NCBI RefSeq assembly: GCF_006345805.1
Contig: NC_043001.1
Span: 113,336,001-113,400,000 of the forward strand
Reading direction: 5' to 3'
Length of the DNA: 64,000 nucleotides
Origin: Octopus sinensis
Taxonomy: Eukaryota
In this document: in pieces, positions 27,349 to 40,089 of the stretch
Layout of the letters: the number at the start of each line of letters is the position of its first letter
Numbering within the stretch: the first letter of the stretch is position 1
The notes under the pieces: model-generated
Databases searched by the model: none
What the model saw: the letters and a program-made list of their open reading frames with translations, nothing else
Told to the model about the DNA's origin: nothing
Made by a program: the position numbers and the translations under genes

Positions 27349-28053
27349 CATTGTTGTTGTTTAGGTCATTGCTTGGAATAGAACTCGGAATCTTGGGGTT
27401 AGTAGCCCGCACTCTTAGCCATTACGCCATATCCCTGTAACAACGAACAAGATGAGGACAAATATCCGTCGAATGTAAATAATGTAAATAATCTAGTAAA
27501 TAATCGGTTATATATTCTATTGGTCGCTTTGCGAGTTTCTAAACCACGTAGCTATGCCAATTCTCATTTCATAACTTTGAGTATCAAAAAAAGTTTTCTT
27601 GTTTTCGATTGTTACTTATCTGTTTATTTAAATTGTTCCCAATTGTCGTCCCCTTGAAAGTAACATAAATCTAACACATTCTCATTACCATTATCTCACT
27701 CATTCTTCCTCTGATTGCCAGTCAAAGTAGTGTGATACACACCTCATCCTTCCACTCACTTTATTTTACTTCATATGTCACTCATTCTGTAATCGCGTTC
27801 TACAGTATTCTACTTCACAGGCAAGTCCTGGCTGAAGAGACCTATGATCCCGCCGCGACCATCTGACTGTTTCAGGTACAGAGTTTCGAAATTGGAATAA
27901 CTTGTATTTTTTATTGTGTTGCTGGTGGAGTTGTTGGTTTCAGAAAAAGGAATTTGGTTCAGGTAAACGGTTTATCATCATTAGTTCATGAATAAGTGGG
28001 ATAAATTTCGTTATGTGCTATTTTTATTATGTAGTGGTTTGATCTTTACACCA

Positions 28054-28283
28054 GGCGGCGAGCTGGCAGAAACGTTAGCACGCCGGGCGAAATGCTTAGC
28101 GGTATTTCGTCTGCGTTACGTTGTGAGTTCAAATTCCGCCGAGGTCGACTTTGCCTTTCATCCTTTCGGGGTCGATAAATTAAGTACCAGTTACGCACTG
28201 GGGTCGATGTAATCGACTTAATACCTATGTCTGTCCTTGTTTGTTCCCTCTGTGTTTAGTCTCTTGTGGGTAATAAAGAAATA
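28054..28283 (+). mobile_element. SINE family A, full length, with 18-bp TSD
   Basis: TSD ggtttgatctttacacca at 28036-28053 and 28284-28301. Confidence 0.96.
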
Positions 28284-29080
28284 GGTTTGATCTTTACACC
28301 ACAGACCGGCGGTATTATCCTTGTCCGGCCATTTTTAAACTTCTTGATCACTAATGCACATTTCTACGCGGTAGATTAGTCTTCGCATTATAAAGTCCGC
28401 AATGAATTCCAGCCCTTGATACACTTTCACACCAGATAAATCGGATCACTGATCTGAAAGAGCGTCCATGTTTACTGTGTACCACGAGAAAGAAAACTAG
28501 AGCGATGAATGTCAAAATTCGGCTATGTAAGCAATAGAGTACCAACTTTTAGCACGCGAGCGCTGAAGACTGTGCGGTCAAACTAAAGAGAGTTCTGTCG
28601 GAAGTGCGATAATATCTGACCTCCCCGAGTATTAGTAACCAGGATTGATGCCATGTGTGTGAGTATGCGTATGTGTTCATGTGCGTACGTGTGCGTATGT
28701 TTGTGTGTGTGTGTGTGTGCTTGTGTGTGTGTGAGTGTATGTGTTTGGTAACTAGAATTACTTGGTAGAGTTATTAATCTGTTTACGTAGATCTGGTGTT
28801 TGAATTAATATATCTACATTTATTGTTGTAGTTATTGTTCTTGAGCAGTAGACCAGCATTGATCAAAGGTGTTATCGCTGTGACGACGATGTCATCGTTT
28901 ATTTTTCCCTTCTAATGTATTGTATATACGGCTCCATTAATTAACACTCGCACACACACACGCACACACATATATAAACACACACGCATACATACATACA
29001 TATACACAGACACACACACACATATATATATATATTATATATATATATATATATGTATATTATATATATATATATATATA

Positions 29081-29476
29081 TAGTAGCAGTATCGCCCGGC
29101 GTTGCTCGGGTTTGTAAGGGAAATAACTATATAAGCATTTTAAGAGATGTAAAGTATAATAGCCATCTCAATATGGCTAACCACAAGGGGGGGGGTGTTA
29201 CTGTAGCTTTTTACGTTCTGAGATTTAATAATGAATTTTTAGAGAGTTACTTCCCTTATATATGCCAAAAATGCATTAAAAATGGGAAAAATTGATAGTA
29301 ATTTTTTTTTAATCGTAGACTCATCGTAGAAGCGCGCTAATACCCAGAAGGGCTCGATATAATCACGACTATAAGATACCCGTTTTTGTTAAACTGCACC
29401 GCAAAATGTGGGAGTAGTTAGGAATCTAAATCGTAGGAGACAGACAGCACACAACCTCACTTTTATATATAAAGAT
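29081..29476 (+). mobile_element. Non-autonomous Helitron/Helentron-type element, copy 1
   Basis: 5' tagcagtatcgcccggcgttgctcggg (subterminal hairpin), 3' cacttttatatataaagat, in TA repeats, no TSD; three copies in the window. Confidence 0.75.
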
Positions 29477-30259
29477 ATATATATATGTGATGTAGTATAA
29501 TATAATATATGTGTATGTATAATATATAATATGTGTGTATGTATAATATATAATATATGTGTATGTATAATATATAATATGTACGAATACTTCCCTTTTT
29601 AATATTCCTGGCTATGATTTCAAAGGTTCTTGCTTTGGTTCATAAAAAAAAGATTATGTTGTTGTTAGGTTACTACTTAGTTGCAGCCCAGCACTGATCG
29701 AACATATCTGTGATCAAAAGTATTTCACCTGTGATAAGCCTTTCTTTTATCCAGCTAGGGTATATTAAAGGTGACATAATCCAGTAAATCTCTATACTTT
29801 TAAGACGACTTACTTATGAATTGAAATAGTTCGGGCTCTTATTTATAGCAGAATAGTGTACGGTTTCGTGAAAATATAATTGGTAAAATACGGCTTTAGT
29901 AAATCTGCACTAATTCTTGAACATCTTGAAACCACGTTATTTTTTATTATGAAATTCATAAATATGATCTAATAAAACAGTTTATGTAATAGATTTCTAC
30001 AGCTTTTCTAAATTTTATTTTAAAATATAGTTATCAAAAGTTTTTCTCTCGAAGTGGTCTAGTACACCTTTGCTTGACCTCTAGTGCCCTGCCGGTGTAG
30101 TGGTTTTGTATGTACTGCACAGACCGGCAGTATAATACTTATAAAATGATAGAGGGGGTTCTATGCTCAGAAAATTGTTTGACTAGTATAACTAGCTATA
30201 AAAATGATGTTTCTAGCTTTCGCTTTCTAAACTTTGTAGGTAGGTCCGTTATCAATCCG

Positions 30260-30500
30260 AGGGTATGACAGACCCACAGACATACACACGTTTGTTTGTA
30301 TGTATATATGTGTATATATATATATATGTGTATATATGCGTGTATATATGTGTATGTATATATGTGTATATATATATGTGTATATATGTATATATGTGTA
30401 TATATATATGTATATATGTGTATATATATATGTGTATATATGTATGTATATATGTGTATATATATGTGTATATATGCGCATATATACACATATATAACAG
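30260..30500. repeat. (TA/TG)n degenerate array
   Basis: Directly visible. Confidence 0.9.
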
Positions 30501-30753
30501 TGACAGCAGCTGTTAGTTGCTGAGTTTTCAGTCTCATTCCATTATATAAATTATTTTATAAATAATTACAGAAATAAATTTCATCCAGTTGCAATAGTTG
30601 TGTACTTCATGAGGTAACTTCATAATTTTTTTTATATAAATTCTATACAATAACGGAGTTCTACATGTATATATGATGGCATATGGTAACCGATAAGCGT
30701 ATAGAATCTTTAAATGTACGTTTTGTGCTATTACTCAGATAATATCGAATGGA

Positions 30754-30968
30754 TATTCTTTTCTACTCTAGGCACAAGGCCCGAAGCTTTTGGGGAGGGG
30801 CCCGTCAATTAGATCGACCCCAGTACCCAACTGGTACTTAATTTATCGGCCCTGAAAGGATGAAAGACGAAGTCAACCTTGGCGGAATTTGAACTCAGAA
30901 CGTAGAGAGAGACGAATTACCGCTAAGCATTTCGCCCGGCGTGCTAACGTATCTGCCAGCTAGCTGCC
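30754..30968 (-). mobile_element. SINE family A, short-tail variant
   Basis: Family A head and body with tail ..gggccttgtgcctagagtagaaaagaata; ataatatcgaat(g/a)gata on both sides. Confidence 0.88.
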
Positions 30969-31132
30969 ATATGTATATATAATATCGAATAGATATTATA
31001 TATACATATATATATATGTATGTATATATATATATGTATACACATGTGTATGTATGTATGTATGTATGTATGTATGTATGTATGTATGTATGTATGTATG
31101 TATGTATGTATGTATGTATGTATATATATATG

Positions 31133-31903
31133 TCATTATTCAGTTTATTTTAAGATTTCTTGCCAATAGAGAAAGAACCAGTTCCTAACCTAGGTACAAG
31201 GCTCCTTTAATGGAATTTCTACACCAGCAACAGGGTCTTTTTGTATGTATGTATGTATGTATGTATGTATGTATGTATGTATGTATGTATGTATGATGAT
31301 GTGTGTATGTTTGTATATATGCATATATGTATATACGTATGTGCGCAGATTTGTATGTATGTATATATGTATGTGCGCAGATTTGTATGTTTTATGTATT
31401 CTCATGCATATAGTTGCATATCTAGACAAACTTCTAGAAAGTTTTACAGATTTTTACAGTTCCAGTGATGGATTGGATCGGTAGTCTTCGAATCAGCTTT
31501 CTCCTTTCTGGTTTTGAGAAGCCTAATTTCTCAAGATTGGTATTTAGGCAGTGTGTTACATATCCCAGGGTCCCAATGATTACAGGTATAAACCTGAACT
31601 TGTAATCTGCAGATTTCTCAATAGTTCAGTATAGGTGTTCTCTTTTTCACTGATCTTCAGCTTTATGTTAACATCCGCTGGGCAGCTAATTTCCACAACT
31701 GTACACAGTTTCTCTGTCCCAAGTCTTTATATCAGGTCTGTTGTGCTTACATTTTATTGAGGTCTTCACTGGTACATTCCACCAGTATTCCTTTTTATTA
31801 TGAGTGGCTATGGCTTCTACCATATTGTGGTTTCTCATTTCTTTGACCTCAGGATTATCCTTCCAACGGATTTCATTATAGAGTGTCTTGGCTACAACGA
31901 CAT
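31133..31903 (-). mobile_element. R4/Dong-type non-LTR retrotransposon, 3' fragment (restriction-like endonuclease plus 3' UTR with internal (CATA)n)
   Basis: Minus: DVVAKTLYNEIR..KEYWWNVPVKTSIKCKHNRPDI..TVVEISCPADVN..FIPVIIGTLGYV; PD-(D/E) type REL motifs. Confidence 0.88.
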
Positions 31904-31924
31904 CATCGATTGCGACATCATCGC

Positions 31925-32560
31925 TTTTCCCATCATCGATTGCGCTTTACCAAGTTACAGACGATCCATTTTTGGTCCTGTTTCTAGTCTCTTTAAAATA
32001 GGAATATTCTCTTTACTTTTCTGCAGCGAATTGCAGATGAAAATCCGTTGAGGGAGGTTAGTCTCATCCAATTCATGTGGTATCCAACATCGAGGCTGCT
32101 GACGTAACTACATCATATGATTTTTACTTTGATGCAAATGATTTTTAATACTCATTTTTGGATATTTGGACAATACCTTCGATCATTCCGGTTGTCGACC
32201 AGAGAGAGAGAGCCGAAAAAATTCCCGATAGACATCTTGAAAATCACTTCTGGCACACACGTTCTCTCCGTACATAGCGCATGCATTCCTTTACGTTTCC
32301 ACCACATTTTGCCTATTTAAATAAAAAAAAAAAACATGAAGTATCAATAACATTCGTTTTGGTTCTCCTTTTTTTGGGGTAATCCACAGTAAATAAAATA
32401 CAACCTGTCTCGTCGCAAGGTCGCGTCGAATTACGGTTGAAGTGTCAAGTATTTAAGGCATGTGCATGCGCAAGGGACAGACTGAAGTATGCTACTTATT
32501 AGAGTGCTTGAAGTTTAATGTCGACAAAAATCGGAACGGACTTTTTGGACAACTCCTCAT
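31925..32560 (-). mobile_element. Mariner transposon relic (TIR, N-terminal HTH, start of catalytic domain)
   Basis: Minus: PHELDETNLPQRIFICNSLQK..ILKRLETG..WIVCN (WVPHEL and TGDEKW equivalents); TIR-like 32525-32560. Confidence 0.85.
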
Positions 32561-32578
32561 CTATCTATCTATCTATCT

Positions 32579-32646
<68 letters not shown>

Positions 32647-32794
32647 CTATCTATCTATCTATCTCCTACATAAGGCAATACATGATATATTGTATCAGAA
32701 AAGTGCTTTATATTATATATAATATATATATTATATATATATATATTAATATTATATATATATATTATTATATATATATATATATATATATGTA

Positions 32795-32827
<33 letters not shown>

Positions 32828-32935
32828 CGTATATATAATATACATATATTATATATATATATACGTATAATATATATTATATATATACATACACGTATAC
32901 TTAGAACTGCTGAGATGTTTGTGTGTATGTATGTG

Positions 32936-32971
<36 letters not shown>

Positions 32972-33040
32972 CGTGTGTGTATGTATGTATATATGTATGT
33001 ATGAGTGCATCTATGTTTGTGCATATATATATATATATAA
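32555..33040. repeat. (TATC)n/(TA)n/(TG)n tracts
   Basis: Directly visible. Confidence 0.9.
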
Positions 33041-33524
33041 GCGCAAACGGAAGTAAGCACCTGCTCAGATGTTTCCTATTTCAGCGATTTCCCACTTTGT
33101 TTATATATATTGCAAGGTTACCGTCTAAGATGCATGTATAAATATACTCTCTGTGGCACACAGGGACATTCACAAACATCTATGAATACAAACACATGCA
33201 TACAAACATGTATGAAAAAAGTACACACACATATGTAAAATGACAGCCCACATCAATAAGCTTTATTCGTCAGATTCTTGGAAATATATATCCTGGTCGG
33301 AGAAGTATTGTTTATTATTCTTCACACACCATTCCCCCTTTTAACTAATTATATACACACTCATGCGCACGCACCACGGTCTTATACATATGTATACGTT
33401 TGATATACATATATATGAAGGTCTGCTTATATAATGTATATTTTAAAAACCCCTTAATATTATATATATATATATACACATATACATACATACATATTTA
33501 GTCTCCCTACCTTTTTCACTGTCT

Positions 33525-33558
33525 TCATTTATATATTATATATATATTATATATATAT

Positions 33559-33603
<45 letters not shown>

Positions 33604-33637
33604 TATATGTATATATGTATATATATATATATATACA

Positions 33638-33681
<44 letters not shown>

Positions 33682-33687
33682 TACATA

Positions 33688-33722
<35 letters not shown>

Positions 33723-33740
33723 GATATATATATATATAAT
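33525..33740. repeat. (TA)n array
   Basis: Directly visible. Confidence 0.95.
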
Positions 33741-33780
33741 ACACACATCTGTAATATAATATGACAATTATTCGGTTGCC

Positions 33781-33840
33781 ATAATAACTCCGAGTTTCGG
33801 ATGTCGGGGCGAAAACCTGCACCGACATCTCTTCAGTTAT
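33781..33840 (-). ncRNA. Hammerhead-like motif, near-canonical
   Basis: Minus: ataa CTGAAGA GATGTCGG [loop] CCGACATC c GAAA CTCgGAGT ta ttat. Confidence 0.6.
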
Positions 33841-34181
33841 CGAGGTAATCAAAATATGTTTTGAAAATGGCTGTTAAACAAAGGGAAATTACTATGTAAT
33901 TGACCGCTATTAAGACAAAAGAGCTATTAGAATGACCGTTAGATAAGGGAAAAAAACCGAAGGGGAGGAAGTAAAATGTAAAGGAATAAAAATGATCATA
34001 GCAATCGCGTATTCACGCATGTACGTACACATGAGCACACGCACACCCACGTACATGTGCCTGTATGCATATGCTCACACACACTCGCATGTTTGTCTTA
34101 TATATACGTACAAACACGCATACACTTATAGCCATAATTAGATGCATGCAATCATACATACTCGTATATGTATTTATAACA

Positions 34182-34590
34182 TACTAGCAGTATCGCCCGG
34201 CGTTGCTCGGACTTGTAAGGGAAATAACTATATAAGCATTTTTAGAGATGTAAAGTATAATAGCCATCTCAATATGGCTAACCACAAAGGGGGGTGGGTG
34301 TTACTATAGCTTTTTACGTTCTGAGATTTAATAATACATTTTTAGAGAGTTACTTCCCTTATATAATAGCAAAAAATAATGCATTAAAAATGGGAAAAAA
34401 TTGTGGTAAATTTTTTTTAAAATCGTACACTCATCGTAGACGCGCGCTAATACCTAGAAGGGCTCAATATGAATCACGACTAATAATATACCCGCTTTTG
34501 GTTACACTGCACCGCAAAATGTGGGAGTAGTTAGGAATCTAAATCGTAGGAGACAGACACTCACACAACTTCACTTTTATATATAAAGAT
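34182..34590 (+). mobile_element. Non-autonomous Helitron/Helentron-type element, copy 2
   Basis: Same ends as 29081-29476. Confidence 0.75.
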
Positions 34591-34869
34591 ATAAATTAAT
34601 ATATATATATATATTAAGATTAAATAAATGACAAGAGAACAGGAATTACGTAATCAATATCATTGGCTTACCGAGGTTTCTGCTTATAAGATGCATTGCT
34701 CTCACAGTTTAGTGCTTGTGCACAACTCCATAGATTCCTCAGAACTGAGTGTTTGTAGGTTACCTCATAGCAGAAATAACTGTTGATTATGTAACGTTTG
34801 CTTTCTTCTCATTTATTTGATTTCATATCACTCTCTATACTTGACTAATGCTTTATTCTGAAGCATGTG

Positions 34870-35075
34870 CACACTGGTTTTCAAATTTGGCACAAGGCTA
34901 GCAATTTCCTGAAGTCGATTATTCCGATCCCAGTGATTAACTGGTGCTTATATTATCGGCCCCGAGAGGATGTAAGGCAAAGTCGACTTTAGTGGAATTT
35001 GAACTCATGAAGTCAAGACAGACGAAAATGCCGCTAAGCAATTTTTGGGAGTGCTAGCGATTTTTCCAGTCCGAC
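34870..35075 (-). mobile_element. Degenerate SINE family A
   Basis: ggcacaaggc..gtcgatt..gcaaagtcgac..gaatttgaactc..ccgctaagca. Confidence 0.75.
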
Positions 35076-35179
35076 ACCCTGAGGAATAAGTATATTGAGT
35101 TCTTGCACCAGGTTATTAGTATTCGCTATGGCTAAGTGAAATCTTTATACATATGTGTTTGTTTACGCTGGGGAAAAGT

Positions 35180-35215
35180 CTTTGACATTTCGAGCCTACG
35201 CTCTGCGTCAGAAAG
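35180..35215 (-). ncRNA. Minimal hammerhead-like motif (A9 changed to C)
   Basis: Minus: cttt CTGACGC a GAGC gtag GCTC GAAAT GTC aaag; same stems as 24603-24638. Confidence 0.6.
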
Positions 35216-35609
35216 GGCGGAGAAGACAAAAAAATGGGCAACGAAGAAATCGGCGAGGGAAAAAGAACTGATAGACATACGTAGATATAAGTATATACAG
35301 AATTACATACATCTACGTGTGTGTGTGTGTGTGTGTGTGTGTCTGTGTAAATTGTTTCAGTATTTTAAGTCTGGGATCGTTGACACACACACACACACAC
35401 GTGTTTCGTGGCTACAATGCATATATATTATTCAGGCATCATATATTATTACAGACTCAGGCACAGATACATGTTGTTGCACACGGCGCGTGCGCGTACA
35501 CACACACACATGCGTACGTACGCACATAAACATAGTCTTATGCACATCTGTAATCTTACACAATTTATTGCCTAGAGTATAGACATGAATGCATACATAT
35601 ACACTTTCA

Positions 35610-35622
35610 TAAATGCATACAA

Positions 35623-35656
<34 letters not shown>

Positions 35657-36041
35657 ATATATATATATAATATATATATCATAAATATATAATATATATA
35701 TATACATATATATATATATACTATATATATTATATATATATATATAAATATATATACATTATACACATATATATATATACATATATATATATACACACAC
35801 CACATATATATATACATTATATACGTATACACACACATATATATATAACCATGTACACACGCACATCTATGGGTGCGTTGCGTGTGTGTGTGTACGCGTG
35901 CATATTTGGCTTACCATCCTTCATACACACACACACACACAAATTATCTGCATATATATACATATATATCCTACATAACACATACATACACACACCCACA
36001 CTTACACACACACCAACACAACACACACACATATATATCTA

Positions 36042-36090
<49 letters not shown>
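35610..36090. repeat. (TA)n/(CA)n tracts
   Basis: Directly visible. Confidence 0.9.
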
Positions 36091-36091
<1 letters not shown>

Positions 36092-36379
36092 ACACTTGAA
36101 AGTAGTATCTATAGTGTTACTAAACAAACTAACGTCATACAAAATAAGTGAAGAAACTTGCTGTAGTTGTCGTCGGAATTGGTAAATATGGCTGTTTCTA
36201 TGGAATGTGTTTATTTAGCTTATATGTAACTGTGTACAGCTCTAAGGAAGAAATCGGAGGACACACAGACAGACAGGTTGTATATCGTAACCGAATCATT
36301 CCTTATCACTTAAGATATCCCCCTGCTGGTGGATATCTCAGCGGGATACACTTAACGTGGGATGGGTATTTTGCGCACG

Positions 36380-36950
36380 GCTCTACCACAAACTGACAGA
36401 AATAGCAAATCCTTCAAGATTTATAAATAGGAAAAGCACACAAAATAATAATATAGTCCTAGTTACACTATGACATGGATCGTTTACCTAAAGCTTCAAT
36501 TAGACTCACGAAAGAGCCTTTATGTGGTGGTTAACCAGCCAGAAAGAATATCCAACATTGCCTTCATTTGCTTCCATCGGGAGTTAAGAATAGGAAAAGT
36601 ACGTTACATAGTGTAGTCCTCCATCTATGTCCATGGATCTTTTACGTCAAATCGCCATGAGACCAGTGGAAGAGCCTCTATGTCATGGTTCACCTGCCCA
36701 AATTGGTAGCCAAATTTACTCCAATTTGCATTTTCTTAACTAAATGTGAGGTCACATTGAATAATTTAGTTTTAGCTATACTATGCACAAGGATCTTTCA
36801 CGCAATGACTACTTGGAACCAGTGAAGGAGTCTCTACATTTTTATGCAACCTGCTAGAAGCAGTAGCCAAATTTACCTTCATTCTCATCTTCCTGTACTA
36901 TAAAATAGGTCAGATGCACCGGATAATGGACTCCTAGATACACTATGTTG
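36380..36950. repeat. Diverged tandem repeat, about 157-bp unit, about 3.5 copies
   Basis: Anchor ggatc(g/t)tt(t)ac at 36477, 36635 and 36791; shared gagcct.tatgt, agccaaat and acactatg. Confidence 0.7.
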
Positions 36951-37267
36951 TATAAATTGACGCGATTGTCGTAGCTGAAGCCCGTCAGAAAACCATAACA
37001 TCAACATTACCTGTATCACATTACCTGTATCACATTACCTGTATCACATACACATTCACATCAGCGGCAGCAGCGGCAGTAGCAGCAGCAGAACCACCAC
37101 CAACACCAATAGCATCAATAAGGATACTAAGCGTGCAAACAGGAAGGCTCCAAAGAATTGCTGCCCAGCTTGAAATAGCAACCAAATCTTTAAAACAAAT
37201 CACATTTTACCATCTTGGGATATGGTAATACACATTGAATATTGCGGTTCTAGGTAATATACTCTCT

Positions 37268-37519
37268 CTCTTTTACTCTTTTACTTGTTTCAGTCATGTG
37301 ACTGTGGCCATGCTGGAGCACCACCTTTAGTCGAGCAAATCGACCCCATGACTTATTCTTTTCAAGCCTAGTACTTATTCTATCGGTCTCTTTTGCCGAA
37401 CCGCTAAGTTACGGGGACGTAAACACATCAACATCGGTTGTCAAGCGATGTTGGGGACAAACACAGACACCACATGCACACATACATACATATATATATA
37501 TATATAATATATATATAGA

Positions 37520-37555
<36 letters not shown>

Positions 37556-37601
37556 TTATACACATACACACACACACATACACACACAACCACACACCAC
37601 A

Positions 37602-37646
<45 letters not shown>

Positions 37647-37800
37647 CGACGGGCTTCTTTCAGTTTCCGTCTACCAAATCCACTCACAAGGCTTTGGACG
37701 GCCCGAAGCTATAGAAGAAGAAGAACTTGCCCAAGGTGCCACGCAGTGGGACTGAACCCGGAACCATGTCGTTCGTAAGCCAGCTACTTACCACACAGCC
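37268..37800 (-). mobile_element. SINE family B with expanded internal microsatellite
   Basis: Homologous to 49385-49788. Confidence 0.92.
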
Positions 37801-38149
37801 AAAAAAATAAATGAGCTGCTCATAGCTGGAACGGCTGTGAAATCATGACTGTTGGATGAGGTGTAAAGAGCAACAACAGCAACAGCTAATACGAAACCTA
37901 CAATGAGCAGGTATCCAATTGCATAGTTGCAAATGATAATATTGTTCAGGCTCTATTCTGATTACATGGACACGTAAAGCAATTAGCGATAGCTGTGAAT
38001 ATATTTTCGAACCTTACTTACTCGTGAGTGACATCTGGCTATTTTCTACGGAGCTATGGATAGCTAAGATATACCCCTATTGCATAGCTAATAAATAATG
38101 AAGTTGAGATACGTTTACGGTATAGCTAAATCACGGTATAGCTAAATAA

Positions 38150-38380
38150 GGCAGCGAGCTGGCAGAGTCGTTAGCACGCCGGGTGAAGTGCTTAGCAGTA
38201 TTTCGTCTGCCGCTACGTTCTGAGTTCAAATTCCGCCGGGGTCGACTTTGCCTTTCATCCTTTCGGGGTCGATTAAATAAGTACCAGTTATGCACTGGGG
38301 TCGATATAATCGACTTAATCCGTTTGTCTGTCCTTGTTTGTTCCCTCTGTGTTGAGCCCCTTGCGGGTAGTAAAGAAATA
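38150..38380 (+). mobile_element. SINE family A, full length, with 13-bp TSD
   Basis: TSD ggtatagctaaat at 38135-38147 and 38381-38393. Confidence 0.94.
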
Positions 38381-38775
38381 GGTATAGCTAAATTGATATA
38401 CCTAAACCCGGTGAAAACTATGTACCTGCATACCTACCGTTTAATGATTAAAAACCAATGAAGTAGAAAAGAGTAAACTCTTGAAATTTTTGGCAAGACA
38501 CAATGTTGTTGACAGAAATAAACATGCTCACAATATTTACCTTCTCCTTACAGAAGGCTTACACTAAGAAAAATTCTATTGTAATATGTAGGACCGTAAC
38601 GCAAAACATGTTTAGTATTGACATTTAGTTTAGATGGAAATCAAAGAATTTATGTCAATGAGACTACGTTTTCTGTTCAGGAAGTCCGTGTTAAAACGAG
38701 ATTTTTATGAACGCAGTGCAAAGCTTCCATAACACAGAAAGGGATGTCTGTATGTGGTTCAGTGATTCGTCTAAA

Positions 38776-39143
38776 GGAGCACTCCGTCGGTTACGACGAT
38801 GAGGGTCCCAGCTGATACAATCAACGGAACAACTTGCTCGTGGAATTAACGTGCAAGTGGCTGAGCACTCCACAGACACGTGTACCCTTAACGTAGTTCT
38901 CGAGGAGATTCAGCGTGACAAAGCTGGCCCTTTGAAATACAGGTACAACAGAAACAGGAAGAAAGAGTGAGAGAAAGTTGTGGTGAAAGAGTACAGCAGG
39001 GATCACCACCACCCCCTGCAGGAGACTCGTGAAGCTTCAGGTGTTTTCGCTCAATAAACACTCACAATGCCCGGTCTGGGAATCGAAACCGCGATCCTAC
39101 GACCGCGAGTCCGCTGCCCTAACCACAGGGCCATTGCGCCTCC
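38776..39143 (-). mobile_element. SINE family C, full length, with 10-bp TSD
   Basis: TSD gattcgtcta at 38764-38773 and 39144-39153; homologous to 25619-26000. Confidence 0.93.
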
Positions 39144-39799
39144 GATTCGTCTACAGTATTCTCTTCACTTCTATTTGTCGGAGACAAATACAAAAAAAGC
39201 CTGTTATACTCTTGTTTTTATTGTATTCTGAATGGTTACAAGTCTAATCATTGCTGTTATTGTTTAGGGCCAGATCAGCAGTAAATGAACAGGCCTATAA
39301 TCAAGGGCGTGCCAGCCGTGACCAACTCGTTCTTTTAAATATTTAGTCACTGTCATTGTAGGTTGTATGGTGTGATTTGAGTGTATTTTACCTGCTATTC
39401 CCAAACAGATCAAGCGACGAGATTCAGGTCCTTTCATCAATATTGTGGTTAATGCTGATGTTATCTTTCTGTTGAGGTTTCAGTGTATAAGTTATCGCAG
39501 TGGCTGTCCTTCCAGAAGTTGCTTTGAAGGAAACTTGTTTATTTTATCATTCCGTGTCACACTTAGACTATTTTTCTGGAAGGATTTCAACATCTTCTGA
39601 TACAGCGAAAATATGGCGACGACAACGTCATTGAACACAAGTAGGTATTTGGATAGATAGATAGACAGATAGATAAAGAGAGGGAAAGAAAAGAAAAGAG
39701 AGAGAGAAAGAGGGAGGGAAAAGGGAGGATATAAGGGAAAAGCAGCTTAAGAGCTTTGTGAGTCATTTCAGAAAAAAATAAAAGTTGAAGAAATAATAT

Positions 39800-40055
39800 A
39801 CGTACATATATATGTATGCATACATATATGTATGTATTATATGAGTGTATGTATGTATGTATGTATGTATTATGTATGTATGTTATGTAATGTATGTATG
39901 TATGTATGTATGTATTATGTATGTATGTTTAATGTATGTATGTATGTATTTATGTAATGTATGTTATGCATGTATGTATGTATGTAGTATGTATGTATGT
40001 ATGTATGTATGTATGTATGTATGTATGTATGCATGTATGTATGTATGTATGTATG

Positions 40056-40089
<34 letters not shown>

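Larger units (their letters stand above)
26305..27495 (-). mobile_element. Composite tRNA-headed SINE with hammerhead-bearing tail, nested 550-bp element and inverted terminal piece
   Basis: Head 27363-27435; (AAT)n-type tracts; tail 26305-26488; inverted copy of the tail end at 27438-27492. Confidence 0.75.
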
